A stretch of 62,629 nucleotides of DNA, counting the filler, from Pseudobdellovibrionaceae bacterium (GTDB taxonomy: Bacteria > Bdellovibrionota > Bdellovibrionia > Bdellovibrionales > UBA1609): assembly GCA_030591685.1 (NCBI GenBank). It is 5 parts of 5 records of this genome, joined end to end, with 100 filler letters (N's around TTAATTAATTAA, not from the genome) between each part and the next. Parts side by side here need not be neighbours in the genome. Positions count along the whole stretch, not along the records: positions 41,773 to 58,075 come from JAUVAX010000049.1; positions 58,176 to 62,629 come from JAUVAX010000083.1; 3 more parts are not named here. The stretch is one strand, 5' to 3'. Positions 51,164 to 61,367 of this stretch are shown piece after piece. A model generated the notes under the pieces. That model made no database searches. It was not told where the DNA came from and worked only from the letters and a program-made list of their open reading frames with translations. Position numbers and translations under genes: made by a program. Positions within the stretch are counted from its first letter, which is position 1; every line of letters starts with the position of its first letter.

Positions 51164-51546
51164 AAACCAAGCCTCATAATGCACCAGCGAACTCAAAGGT
51201 GTTCATGTTGAGACATGACTTCTCAAAATGTAACGCTTAAATTATGATATCGACAAATAGTTAATCAGTGGATTGGCCTGACATCAATGGACTTGATCTG
51301 CTCATTTTAAGTTATAACTTTACCTTTCTCCCCCTCACTAATATATGGGTATAGTAAGTCAAATTATGGATACAAACATATATAATTTAACCTAGTAGGG
51401 AGGCCCCTGTTCGCTCTCTTTTATAAGTCATCGCATTAAGTAAGTGACTACTACCCCATTGACAGAGCCTGGGGTTAAAGGGCTATGCTTAAAGCGATAA
51501 AAAAATTGCCACTGATTAAGTATTAAATTTTAACAAGGACCCTTAC

Positions 51547-52242
51547 ATGGCTAGAAAACCTCAATGCGCCCTGTTTTTTATTATGTATTTTTTTACTTTT
51601 TTAAACGTAAATGCAAAAGCTATCCAAACAAACGCGGTCAATATGTCAAATGCACCGGAGTGGTTAAAACGAGTACGCGCTGAAAAGGTGATTGATCGCA
51701 TTCAGATGCACCTTGAGTGGCGCATACGCCGGGTACAGGCTTATTGGTACAATACCCAAATAGACTTTGAAAAAATACATAGCTTAGGCCCCACCCCTGT
51801 TGCACTGACAAAAAGAAAGGATCAAAGCATGCACTTTGGCCCAAGGGTGACGACTAAAAACTTTGACTCTATTTTTGGTCATGAGCTTGTACATGTTATA
51901 TTTCGTCAAAAACATAAAAAAGCCATCCCTAAATGGCTCGAAGAGGGCCTCGCCAACTACTGGGCCAAGCAGGGCCGAGTGAACTATAAATGGCTCGCCA
52001 CCCAGCCCTACCCTAAAGATGTACGAAAGCTTACACACCCTTATAAAAAATCAAATGCGCTTATTAAGTATCACTACATGGCCTCACAGGCCCTTATAGA
52101 AATGATCGCCTCAAAGTGTGACCTCACGAACCTACTTCGGCTCAGTGTAGAGAGAAAAATGGAAAACTACATCCACACCTACTGCGAAATTAAAGACATT
52201 AACAAAAGCTTTCGTGCTTGGGTTGCAAAAAAAAGTAAATAA
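51547..52242 (+). CDS. Secreted zinc metallopeptidase (gluzincin/peptidase MA-like)
   Basis: HELVH...PKWLEEGLA; signal peptide. Confidence 0.8.
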   Translation: MARKPQCALFFIMYFFTFLNVNAKAIQTNAVNMSNAPEWLKRVRAEKVIDRIQMHLEWRIRRVQAYWYNTQIDFEKIHSLGPTPVALTKRKDQSMHFGPRVTTKNFDSIFGHELVHVIFRQKHKKAIPKWLEEGLANYWAKQGRVNYKWLATQPYPKDVRKLTHPYKKSNALIKYHYMASQALIEMIASKCDLTNLLRLSVERKMENYIHTYCEIKDINKSFRAWVAKKSK

Positions 52243-52342
52243 ATGCTCTGACCCTCTAAGCATAAAAATTTGCTATAAAACAAATTCTGTTTAAAAAATA
52301 CTTTTTTTATTTTTATAGGGCGCTTTATTATGAGCAAGCCTT

Positions 52343-52792
52343 CTAACTGCCTGTGATTTCGCACCAACTAGTTGGGGTCTCGATAAGTTTTACTTTTTTA
52401 ATCTCAATAGTACCGGCAAAAGTTTTATTCACTTGGATTTTAAGGGTATCAAAGGCCATTTGAGCGATGTGCTCGGCTGTTGGCGGGAGCTCAGTAATAA
52501 TTGTTTTATGGTTTTGAAGTGAGTTTAAAAACTCCACGACAGGGGTGTCGTTTTTGTAAACAAAAAATGCATGGTCCCACTTATTAATCACGTGCTCTTT
52601 GACGAGGGCTTTAATGTCAGAAAAGTCGCACACCATACCCTGGTCAGAAGAGCCCTGTTCATTTTTAATTTCGCCCATAAGGGTGAGCTCTAAAACATAG
52701 TGATGCCCGTGCAGGTTTTTGCACTTAGAGCTCTGGTTTGGCAACCGGTGCCCGGCCTCGAAGCAAAAAGCCTTTGTAATTGTTGGTTTCAT
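52343..52792 (-). CDS. queD: 6-carboxytetrahydropterin synthase
   Basis: FEAGHRL, CKNLHGH, DHAF, PTAE, ETP. Confidence 0.92.
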   Translation of the reverse strand: MKPTITKAFCFEAGHRLPNQSSKCKNLHGHHYVLELTLMGEIKNEQGSSDQGMVCDFSDIKALVKEHVINKWDHAFFVYKNDTPVVEFLNSLQNHKTIITELPPTAEHIAQMAFDTLKIQVNKTFAGTIEIKKVKLIETPTSWCEITGS

Positions 52793-52978
52793 ATAAAAGC
52801 CCTTAAATTAAGAGTTGAGTGTATCTCACTAATTTGTATAAAAAATCAATATATATACGTGGGATTGAAATATTCTTATAGTTTGTTGTTAAGGTTTTAA
52901 ACCCTTTAGAGGGTCTTTTTTTTTAAAATTAGCATCTCTCGCTTTACTATTAGGGCCCCTAAGGGGTATTTATTAAAA

Positions 52979-53719
52979 ATGATTACTCCTTATTGGCATT
53001 ATGCTAAAAATCGCTCTCATAAATCGGTGGTTTTATTTATCCACCATTTTGGGGGTGATCATAACACTTCAGCTCGCCATGTAAGGCTTATGAACAGCTT
53101 AGGGTTTGATTGCGTGACCTTCACCCTGCCCTTAAATTTAAGCCCTGGGTTTACGTTTTTTGAGTTTTTATCACTACACTTTAAGGCTCTTTGCACAAAA
53201 GGGGGTATTTCTTCGGCGTGGGAGACTTGCGCTGAACAAGTGCTCACTTCAATAAACCGCCCTGTCATTTTATACTCGTTATCATCAACGAGTATTTGCG
53301 CTATTGGACTTATATTAAAAAATCCTAAAAAAATTACTGCCTGGGTGTGTGATGGAGGGCCCTTTTTAGAGCTCAAGGGTAGTTTTAAACGGTATTATAC
53401 GCAAATACATGGCCTACTCAACCCCTTGCAGCTAAAAGCCATCAGAGGGGCCTCATACCTTGCCTGGCACGAATGGAGTTTGCTACAAAAAGCCCCTGAA
53501 GGCCTTAAACGCATACCCAAACACCTGCCTATATTAAGCATTAGGGGCTCAAAAGACCCCCTGGTGCTGGCAAAAGATATTGAAAATGTGTTTTTGAATA
53601 ATACTCAGCTAAACTTAAGCCTCTTTGAAATAAAAAATGGGGGCCATTTAGACGGGCTCTCAAAGTACTCAAGTATTTATAAACAAAAAATTAAAGAGTT
53701 CTCTATCAATATAATATGA
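52979..53719 (+). CDS. Alpha/beta-hydrolase-fold protein
   Basis: HHFGG, YSLSS elbow, GSKDPLV, GGHL. Confidence 0.7.
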   Translation: MITPYWHYAKNRSHKSVVLFIHHFGGDHNTSARHVRLMNSLGFDCVTFTLPLNLSPGFTFFEFLSLHFKALCTKGGISSAWETCAEQVLTSINRPVILYSLSSTSICAIGLILKNPKKITAWVCDGGPFLELKGSFKRYYTQIHGLLNPLQLKAIRGASYLAWHEWSLLQKAPEGLKRIPKHLPILSIRGSKDPLVLAKDIENVFLNNTQLNLSLFEIKNGGHLDGLSKYSSIYKQKIKEFSINII

Positions 53720-53752
53720 TATTTAAAAGCCCTCTCAAGCTTTGTCTACTTA

Positions 53753-54049
53753 CTAAAGGCCACTATAGTAGGCGGCTAGGTTTTCCATGTCTTTGTCAGT
53801 CAATGACATCACCATAGGCGCCATAGAGGGGTCTCTACGTTTGCCCGACTTAAAGTCTTTAAGTTGCTTGATTAAATACATATCTTTTTGACCGGCTAAA
53901 TTGGGCCAAGCGGGGTTCATGCTAATACCCTTGGCGCCATGGCAAGCGGCACAGGTCACAGACTTTGCCTTGCCCTTTGCGGCGTCACCTTTGGCAAAAC
54001 CAAAACTACTGACTAAAACAAGTGAAAGTACAACTATAACAGACTTCAT
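53753..54049 (-). CDS. Monoheme cytochrome c (c553/c4-like)
   Basis: Signal peptide, CAACHG, PNLAGQ, distal Met. Confidence 0.93.
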   Translation of the reverse strand: MKSVIVVLSLVLVSSFGFAKGDAAKGKAKSVTCAACHGAKGISMNPAWPNLAGQKDMYLIKQLKDFKSGKRRDPSMAPMVMSLTDKDMENLAAYYSGL

Positions 54050-54313
54050 GTTATCTCCCTTAGAGTTTATAAATGGGCCCCTTAACCAGGCCTGTTAATA
54101 CTCATATAGATCTAAGAGCTTATTGTAAACACGAATTCAAAGACTGGGGCTTTTTGTCCTCTGTTTTTGGCCTTAAACCCTTTATGCCACACTTGATGCT
54201 TATATTTTGCATATATTGTGAGGTATTCTTTATGCCAAAGCACTCTTTTGTAGAGTTATTACTGCCCATTAGTAATTATAGATTTATCTGAATTAATTTT
54301 TATTTTGCCCTAA

Positions 54314-54347
54314 AAAAAAAGGCCCCTTTAATAAGGAGCCTTTTTTT
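54314..54347. terminator. Rho-independent terminator of the porin gene
   Basis: A-tract, GGCCCCTT/AAGGAGCC stem, T7. Confidence 0.8.
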
Positions 54348-54371
54348 ATTGTAATACTTAAAAATGATTAA

Positions 54372-55547
54372 TTAGTAAGTTGCAGTAAACTGAAAGTAAG
54401 CATAGCTGAAAGCTTCAGTCATACCGGCGTCTTCTAAGAACTTATCTGGAGTAACAGAAGCATAACCAAGAGCTAGGTTATAGCCTTTAGTTAGATCTGT
54501 TGAAACAGTAAGGTCAATCTCTTTAGCTACGTCATCAGAAGTACTTGCACTGTTCTGACCACCTGAACTAGCTACGGCGTTATCATTACGAGTGAACATA
54601 TGGTAAGCAAAACCAGCTTTATACTTGTCCGCAAACATACCTGTTACACCTAAGTTAACGTCGTTAATGTTATTTCTTGAAAATTGGTTAGCAATACCTA
54701 AACCAATGTTTTGTGAGCTAGCAAGAGAGTTGTACATTTTAGAGGCCATTGTGTAACCAAGGTTTACTCTGATTTTGTTGGCAGCGTTAACTTCCCAACC
54801 TAAATCTAAGTCAGCCATGCTGTCGTTGTCTGTTAACAGGTCATTTGATTGTGAGGCGTACTCAACTGTGTAATCAAAAGCTCCGTGGTTAGATTTAACT
54901 CTAACACCAGATACAGTCCCGTCATCATCAGCAAGCGTTGTACCTAGAGTTGCTATAAGGTGGTAAACGTCAAATTCTTTAACGGCATCACCAAAAGCCA
55001 TTGTGGCATAAAAACCAAAAACGCTGTCATCTTCAGCTCCGGCGTCATTCATTTTAGCGTAAATCCAATCTACATGAGCCATGCCCCATTTAGCTTTAAC
55101 TAAAAATGAGTCAAATGTACGACCTACGTTATCCCAAGCTTCTTTACTAACTATTAAACCATCACCATAGTTTAACTCACCACGACCAACAATGACCGAA
55201 TAAGAGTCAGAGAACTTATGAGCAATATAAGCTTGATGTACTGAACTCATATTGGGGTCATCGTTACCTGGCGTAGGGTTAGCTGTCCACGGATTAAGTG
55301 TAAACTGTGGTTGAAACACTATAGTTGTATTGTCATCAGTATTTACTGACATATGTAGTCTGAATCTTGAGCTGAGTTGATCAAACTCTGTTGTTTTAAC
55401 AAAAGTCAGATTAGACATGGCTTCACCACGAACTCTTGCATCAAGTTTCATATTTACTGTGTTTGCACTTGCACTTAGCGCTATGACCGCTGATGCCCCT
55501 AAAACTGCTAGAAGCGTCACCTGCCGTAAGATGTTGACTCTTTTCAT
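54372..55547 (-). CDS. Outer-membrane porin (alginate-export/AlgE-like barrel)
   Basis: Signal peptide, R.R.E, HQAYI, GRGELNYGD, WDNVGRTFD, C-terminal aromatic residue. Confidence 0.75.
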   Translation of the reverse strand: MKRVNILRQVTLLAVLGASAVIALSASANTVNMKLDARVRGEAMSNLTFVKTTEFDQLSSRFRLHMSVNTDDNTTIVFQPQFTLNPWTANPTPGNDDPNMSSVHQAYIAHKFSDSYSVIVGRGELNYGDGLIVSKEAWDNVGRTFDSFLVKAKWGMAHVDWIYAKMNDAGAEDDSVFGFYATMAFGDAVKEFDVYHLIATLGTTLADDDGTVSGVRVKSNHGAFDYTVEYASQSNDLLTDNDSMADLDLGWEVNAANKIRVNLGYTMASKMYNSLASSQNIGLGIANQFSRNNINDVNLGVTGMFADKYKAGFAYHMFTRNDNAVASSGGQNSASTSDDVAKEIDLTVSTDLTKGYNLALGYASVTPDKFLEDAGMTEAFSYAYFQFTATY

Positions 55548-56110
55548 GTTGCTACTCCCTTTTGAGTTAGAGCTCAATGGCTCAATTTATGACCTTGTTT
55601 TAAGACTTACCTTACTTGTTTACCCTAAAACCTATAGGCACTTGTTTGTTACATTAAAAATTGTACCTACATTTTTATTGATGATAAATCATAATTTTTA
55701 AAAAAAAGCTGATTTTCATAAGCTTTTCTACCTCATTGCGCTCTCAAGAAGAGTTTTTTAAAAATTTTAAAACTTACAAAACAATAAGACTTCTTATTTT
55801 TTCACCCCCCCCTTTAGACTTCGCAAATCTATTGAAAGGCGCTTAAACAATGGGTGACAGAGCCGCCCCCCTATACGCCTGTTCGCTAGAGTTACCTGCA
55901 GATATTGATAATTAGACAAGGCGTTTAAAAGAATTTAGAAGGCATAAATTTTTAAAAATTCTGACCCGACCAATGGCTATGAAAAAAGTGAGCGCAACGC
56001 GTTAACTGCTTTAAATACGAGTCATTTGAGGATCTGGGTGATTAATTATCACTCAGACCCCTTCGACTTAAGCACAAAAGTTAGGCTTATTTTGCCCCAT
56101 TAAAAAGTAT

Positions 56111-58075
56111 TTAAAGTGGATAAGTGTGCATAAATGAAGTGTTCGAAAACCGACTCGGCGACTTGGGCCGTGACTCATAGGGCACCATTTCATTAAAATT
56201 AATTGGCACCGTTGTTTGCCGTAGCTCTAACTGCCCTTTTTGAGACTTAAAGCTTTTAAAGTTTAAACCATAAAGGCCTATGCTCTCGCCCACAATTGAA
56301 TAATCTATACTTAAACCCACCCCAGCATGTGCCAAGATTGATTTAAACAAAAACTGATTTTCAAGCATATAAGAGCCAAACTTTGAAAATTCATTTACAA
56401 GCTGAACATCTCTGTTACAAAAATGAGTTTTTATTTCTTTTAATAGTGTGACCATTTCAATCGCATTTTTTTTAATCCTGTAGCGCAGTACTTTTTTACA
56501 CCTTGCAAGCTTGTCTTGGTTGTTTTTATTGAGCTCTTTTTTACGGGTTAACCCAATACAGATATGGTCACTGTCTTGCCCCCCACTAAAGTATTTATCT
56601 AACTCTTTAAGAGCCCTCTTAGCAAACGGGTTTTCACCCTCTACTAGCCCCTTATCTATTAATGCTCTCATGTTAGGTTCGGTAAAGGTAATGCTTAATT
56701 TGACTCTGGAGTAGCCCTTTATAGCGTCTTGAATACGAACGCTAAAAATATCTTTAATACCCGACTTAATACCTAACCAACTTATTGTGTTCATAATATC
56801 TGAGCGTGACGTCGACTCATCATCAACAACAAATAAATATTTACCAAAAAATCCATCTGATAAATACTCATTACTACCGAGGTCTTTTTCAATAAAATGA
56901 CCGGCAGTAAAAGATACTAAGGATTTTTTATTTTTAAAAAACACCTTACTTGTTGATTCTTCCTTATGAGTACTATGGTAGATTTCGTACTTAGAGCCCT
57001 CTATAAACATTTGAGAGTCTCTTTTCATAGAGACCTCACCAAAGCTACCAGATGTGTTTAATATTATTGGTACACCAAAAAACCATCTCGAAACATGCCC
57101 ATGGCTGGATACATCAAAACCCTCATCAAGCACAACCTCAGGGTATTCACCGCTTAAAGCCATTTTTTGCAACTCTAAGGCATTACCCACAAGGGCTTGT
57201 TCAAAAGCCTGCTGACCCACTTCAGTTTTAGTGTCTATGTTAAATACTAACCCCCCATTTTCATCAACTTGAAACTCTGATACACCTACTGAGCTTAAAA
57301 TAGCCCCGGCTCCTTTATAATAATCCGTGATTTTTACACGAGAAAGACTCACCTTAACAAAACCATGATGTAGTTTTTCAATATAAATTTTAAAGTTCCC
57401 TTTTGCTAAACCCATTTTAGTTTTAGCGGCTACAACACCCACCGAGTTTGCTGAAAGCCCAATAAAAAATATAATACCCCCTTGGGCCTCATAAGTTATA
57501 TTATCCCCAATAGCCCAAGGCTGTAGGTCTTCAGCGTGGCTGGGGAGCCTCAGGTGTTTTTTTAGTTTTTTGGGGTTATCGGTGTACCTTTTTGATTTTA
57601 CTTTGACACCTTTCAACGGCAGCAACCCGACATTTAAAGTGATCAGGTCTTTAAGGCCTGAGGCGTGCTCATAAAAAAGGTTTAAACTCGCCCCTAAACC
57701 ACCAATGGCTTTAAAGTAGTCAGTCACTAGGTATCCATTTTTATGACCTGGGTTAATCAGTACAGTTTCGGCACCTTCTGCGACATTAAAGTCATGGTTT
57801 GATAAGTTAATGATCTTACGCCCAAAATCTACATCAAAGTAATATACAGGTTCAAATTTTAAAACGAGCTTTTCTTTTCGCTCTTTTCTCTCTTTGGTCT
57901 CTTCATTGTTTTCGGCACTCTCTTGGTCCTCACTCTCCTCTTCATCAGAGTCCTCACCGTCAGTATCACCGTCAGTATCACCGCCAGTATCACCGCCAGT
58001 ATCACCGCCAGTATCACCGCCAGTATCACCGCCAGTATCACCGCCAGTATCACCGCCAGTATCACCGCCAGTATC
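56111..58075 (-). CDS. Hypothetical protein, 5'-truncated, with DTGG repeats and an acidic linker
   Basis: The frame of 56111-57727 stays open to the contig edge. Confidence 0.75.
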   Translation of the reverse strand, partial: DTGGDTGGDTGGDTGGDTGGDTGGDTGGDTGGDTDGDTDGEDSDEEESEDQESAENNEETKERKERKEKLVLKFEPVYYFDVDFGRKIINLSNHDFNVAEGAETVLINPGHKNGYLVTDYFKAIGGLGASLNLFYEHASGLKDLITLNVGLLPLKGVKVKSKRYTDNPKKLKKHLRLPSHAEDLQPWAIGDNITYEAQGGIIFFIGLSANSVGVVAAKTKMGLAKGNFKIYIEKLHHGFVKVSLSRVKITDYYKGAGAILSSVGVSEFQVDENGGLVFNIDTKTEVGQQAFEQALVGNALELQKMALSGEYPEVVLDEGFDVSSHGHVSRWFFGVPIILNTSGSFGEVSMKRDSQMFIEGSKYEIYHSTHKEESTSKVFFKNKKSLVSFTAGHFIEKDLGSNEYLSDGFFGKYLFVVDDESTSRSDIMNTISWLGIKSGIKDIFSVRIQDAIKGYSRVKLSITFTEPNMRALIDKGLVEGENPFAKRALKELDKYFSGGQDSDHICIGLTRKKELNKNNQDKLARCKKVLRYRIKKNAIEMVTLLKEIKTHFCNRDVQLVNEFSKFGSYMLENQFLFKSILAHAGVGLSIDYSIVGESIGLYGLNFKSFKSQKGQLELRQTTVPINFNEMVPYESRPKSPSRFSNTSFMHTYPL
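57955..58075. repeat. 12-bp tandem repeat, 10 or more copies (CACCGCCAGTAT), breaking the assembly
   Basis: Seen directly. Confidence 0.95.
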
Positions 58076-58175
58076 NNNNNNNNNNNNNNNNNNNNNNNNN
58101 NNNNNNNNNNNNNNNNNNNTTAATTAATTAANNNNNNNNNNNNNNNNNNNNNNNNNNNNNNNNNNNNNNNNNNNN
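58076..58175. other. Assembly gap/contig linker
   Basis: N-run, TTAATTAATTAA, N-run. Confidence 0.99.
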
Positions 58176-58236
58176 ATTTATAGTCTTCCATTTTATACCT
58201 CATAAAAATTACCTATATATTTACTCATAAACTCAT

Positions 58237-59032
58237 TTATTTGTGAATTATCAAGTCAAGCTGCTGCAGCTTCCAGCCAGATTTATACTTTTTAATTAGA
58301 ACGCTCCCTGTTTTCCCAATGGGGTTAGTTAATCCTGTTCCCTTTAGCCAACCATGCTTTTCAAGCTTTACTGTTTTATCATCGACCCAAATGGGGTGAA
58401 TTGCCCCCCATGTATTGCCGGGGTATTTTTTAAAAACAACTCTCCAGTCAGAGGCTGTCTTCTCCCAAATTTCTATTCTATTTGGCCTATAGCCAGATTC
58501 AATATCAAAAGAGGCGCTGATGAAATGTTTTTTATCCGAGCTAAAAACCGGCTCTTCAAAGACTTTATATTCTCTACCCGTCTCAGAATCGATAATGCGG
58601 TATTGAGACCCTTCCCAAAACAAGACCCAAATCAAGTATAGGTTTTGATCTTTTAAAAAGTTATAGAAATAAAAGCTGATCACTTCATTGGCTCTTGAAG
58701 TGATTTTTACTTTGTTTTTTTCACTTGGGGACATTTTTTTTACAAAGTTTTTATAAAATATATTTTCATAAACCTTTGTTGTAGCCTTCGCCTTTCCGGG
58801 TTTAATTTTTATATAAAGTTTACCACCTTTGCGCTCAGCAAATTTTGAAAATTTATTTAATTGATTTCTATCTATTAATTGCCCACACTTTTTTGCGTAA
58901 TTAACGGCCGACAAGGCTTTGCAGTTAGCTTTTGTTAAATCTTTTACGCTTTGTGAATAGGTCGCTTGGTTAACCAGTGTGATGATTAAAACCAGAGAAA
59001 TACTGAAAATAATTGATTTTAAACCCGCTCAT
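58237..59032 (-). pseudogene. Exported hypothetical protein with a +1 frameshift just after the start codon
   Basis: ATG 59032 is one base out of frame with a signal peptide (LKSIIFSISLVLIITLV) that is continuous with ORF 58237-58914. Confidence 0.55.
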
Positions 59033-59341
59033 AGTTTAACTCTAGCTCTGTTTTAGCACTTTGGGTAGGCCACTTAAGTTGCTAATTTGTTGTACTCAAA
59101 GCCCTGGGCAACAGGGCCAAAATAGAATCAGTGACGGAGACTTACTTCATTTGCATCGTCAATTGCAAGTTATGCCCGTAGGCGAGCCGGGGTTCTTTGG
59201 TGGTCTGTGTAGGCTTCAAAAGGGGATGAGGGACGGAGCATCGACCACTCCTCAGTCCCCAACCCTAACCACTTGTTATAACAAAGATTTTTTTGAATTT
59301 CTATTTTACCAAGCCTTGAGTACCCCACCTACGCCCAGCAC

Positions 59342-59439
59342 ATGACCCAATTACCCTTTACAATTGGGTCATTATATGACCTAATTAAGCGTGCTAATTG
59401 GGTCACATAAACACCCATTAAGGGGATCAAATGGGTCAT
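59342..59439 (+). promoter_or_regulatory. Tandem palindromic operators upstream of the Fic gene
   Basis: ATGACCCAATT-N9-AATTGGGTCAT and ATGACCTAATT-N9-AATTGGGTCAC, plus a half-site over the ATG. Confidence 0.75.
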
Positions 59440-60537
59440 TATATTTGGCAAAACAAGGATTGGCCCAACTTTACCTGGGCGAGCGATCAGTTAATCGAAG
59501 GGCTTGGCTCTGTTCGAAAGGCACAAGGTAAACTTATTGCGCAAGCTGGGTTTATGGGGCTTGAGTCAGAGGCTGAGTTTTTAATTGAGGAGGCGCTAAT
59601 GACCTCAGCCATCGAGGGGGAGAGTTTAAATGCGGACTCTGTGCGGTCGTCAGTGGCTCACCGCCTTGGCCTACCTACAGCTGGCCTCCCGCCTCAACAG
59701 CGCCACATTGAGGGGCTTATTGAGATGCTCTTAGACGCCACAAGAATGTACGACAAACCCTTTAATTCAAAGAGGATGTTTGGATGGCATGCGGCCCTCT
59801 TCCCTACCGGGTACTCAGGCTTGCATAAAATCAACACAGCGAAGTGGCGCAGTGGTAACACGCCAATGCAAGTGGTCTCTGGGCCCATAGGAAAAGAGAA
59901 GGTACATTTTGAAGCCCCACCAGCAAAACTTGTTAGCAAAGAAATGAAAACTTTTTTTAACTGGTGGAGCAAGCCTCCAGATAAACTAGACGGGCTATTA
60001 AGAGCAGGTATTGCTCATTTGTGGTTTGTCACAGTACACCCCTTTGATGATGGCAATGGTCGCATAGCAAGAGCCATCACCGACATGGCCCTAGCTCAAG
60101 ACGAAGACACAGGGCAACGCTTTTACAGCTTGTCTGGTCAGATCGTCAAAGAACGTACTGATTACTATGATATACTCGAGCAAGTACAAAAACAAAATTG
60201 TGACATCACACAGTGGCTTGAGTGGTTTTTAGGGCTGTTTGCACGCGCCATAAGTAACTCTGGGACTGTTATTGATAAAGTACTATTGGTTTCAAATTTT
60301 TGGCAGCAACATAGTCAATTAGAACTGAATGAACGCCAACTAAAAGTTATTAAAAAACTCATAGAGGCCGAACCCGAGGGGTTTGTTGGTGGCATTAATA
60401 ACAGAAAGTATGTGAGTCTCACAAAAGTCAGCCGCGAAACTGCAAAACGAGACCTTGCTGACCTAGAAAAAAAGAACATCATTAAACGCAATGCCGGCAA
60501 AGGCCGCTCTGTGAGTTACTCGCTTATTATAAAGTAA
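59431..60537 (+). CDS. Fic-family protein (DUF4172-Fic-wHTH)
   Basis: YIWQ..DWPNF, HPFDDGNGRIAR, C-terminal TAKRDLADL...GRSVSY. Confidence 0.93.
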   Translation: MGHYIWQNKDWPNFTWASDQLIEGLGSVRKAQGKLIAQAGFMGLESEAEFLIEEALMTSAIEGESLNADSVRSSVAHRLGLPTAGLPPQQRHIEGLIEMLLDATRMYDKPFNSKRMFGWHAALFPTGYSGLHKINTAKWRSGNTPMQVVSGPIGKEKVHFEAPPAKLVSKEMKTFFNWWSKPPDKLDGLLRAGIAHLWFVTVHPFDDGNGRIARAITDMALAQDEDTGQRFYSLSGQIVKERTDYYDILEQVQKQNCDITQWLEWFLGLFARAISNSGTVIDKVLLVSNFWQQHSQLELNERQLKVIKKLIEAEPEGFVGGINNRKYVSLTKVSRETAKRDLADLEKKNIIKRNAGKGRSVSYSLIIK

Positions 60538-60564
60538 GGATTGGCGTTCCCGACCTTAGGGACT

Positions 60565-60648
60565 GAGCCACATACTCAGCTTGCATATAAGAACCATAAG
60601 CTTCTGATTTCATTAAATATATTAGGTAATTATTGGATGACTTGGGAC
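60565..60648 (+). repeat. 84-bp diverged direct repeat, copy 1 (contains an IHF-consensus site)
   Basis: 64/84 ungapped identity to 61284-61367. Confidence 0.85.
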
Positions 60649-60747
60649 AAAGAAGCCTGCTTCCTCCCCCGTTTTTCACAAATTCGACCTTCATGATGAT
60701 TCGTTTTAGTTCTAGGGTCCAGTGACTTATCCGCTAAAAACATTGGA

Positions 60748-60785
60748 TTTACTTGAATTAATTGATTAAAATTAATTTAAGTAAA
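60748..60785. promoter_or_regulatory. AT-rich palindrome with an FNR/CRP-like box upstream of ybaN
   Basis: 16-bp arms (15/16 match); TTGAT-TAAA-ATTAA at 60762-60775. Confidence 0.45.
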
Positions 60786-60829
60786 CTTTTACTTATTTTA
60801 TAAATTCTTAAGCCTGTAAGTTGAGGTAA

Positions 60830-61201
60830 ATGCCTAAGCACATTTTTTTTCATTACTTCTTTGGATATTTTTTTATTGTCCTCGCTACCATCGGAATGGT
60901 TTTACCTGTTGTACCAACTGTACCATTTTTACTTCTAGCTCTTTATTTTTTGAATAATGTTTCCCAGACCATGCATAAAAAAATTATGAACTTACCTAAA
61001 TTTGGACCCGCCATACATAGCTGGCAAGAAGACAGAGTTATTAGCGTGAAAACAAAAGTTGAAGTTATAATACTTCTTTCTTTATCTACGGGTTATATAC
61101 TGTATTTCAATGATCAAATTAATTTACTTATCAAATCGGTAACAGTAATTTTAATGACTCTGCTTGCAACTGTAGTTTTAAAACAAAAATCAAAAAAATG
61201 A
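60830..61201 (+). CDS. ybaN: YbaN/DUF454 inner-membrane protein
   Basis: GMVLPVVPTVPFLLLA, FGPAI..W, K.K motif. Confidence 0.88.
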   Translation: MPKHIFFHYFFGYFFIVLATIGMVLPVVPTVPFLLLALYFLNNVSQTMHKKIMNLPKFGPAIHSWQEDRVISVKTKVEVIILLSLSTGYILYFNDQINLLIKSVTVILMTLLATVVLKQKSKK

Positions 61202-61283
61202 TTTACTTTATCTCTTGTTGGCTGCTTTACAGAGGCTATTTTAGGTTTAATGTTCAAAGTGCCCTTCTATTAAAATGGAAACA

Positions 61284-61367
61284 GAGCCACACATTCAGTT
61301 AGCGTATATCAGCCATAAACCCTTAATTTCATTAAATATTTTTGATAATCATTGGATGGCCGGGGAC
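61284..61367 (+). repeat. 84-bp diverged direct repeat, copy 2
   Basis: 64/84 ungapped identity to 60565-60648. Confidence 0.85.

Noticed and set aside
49017..55547. Alginate utilisation locus (PL6 lyase plus AlgE-like porin)
   Set aside because: The two are separated by four unrelated genes, that porin family is functionally broad, and no uronate catabolism genes are present.
59061..59345. 94-aa ORF
   Set aside because: No recognisable motif or RBS; it overlaps the hairpin element.
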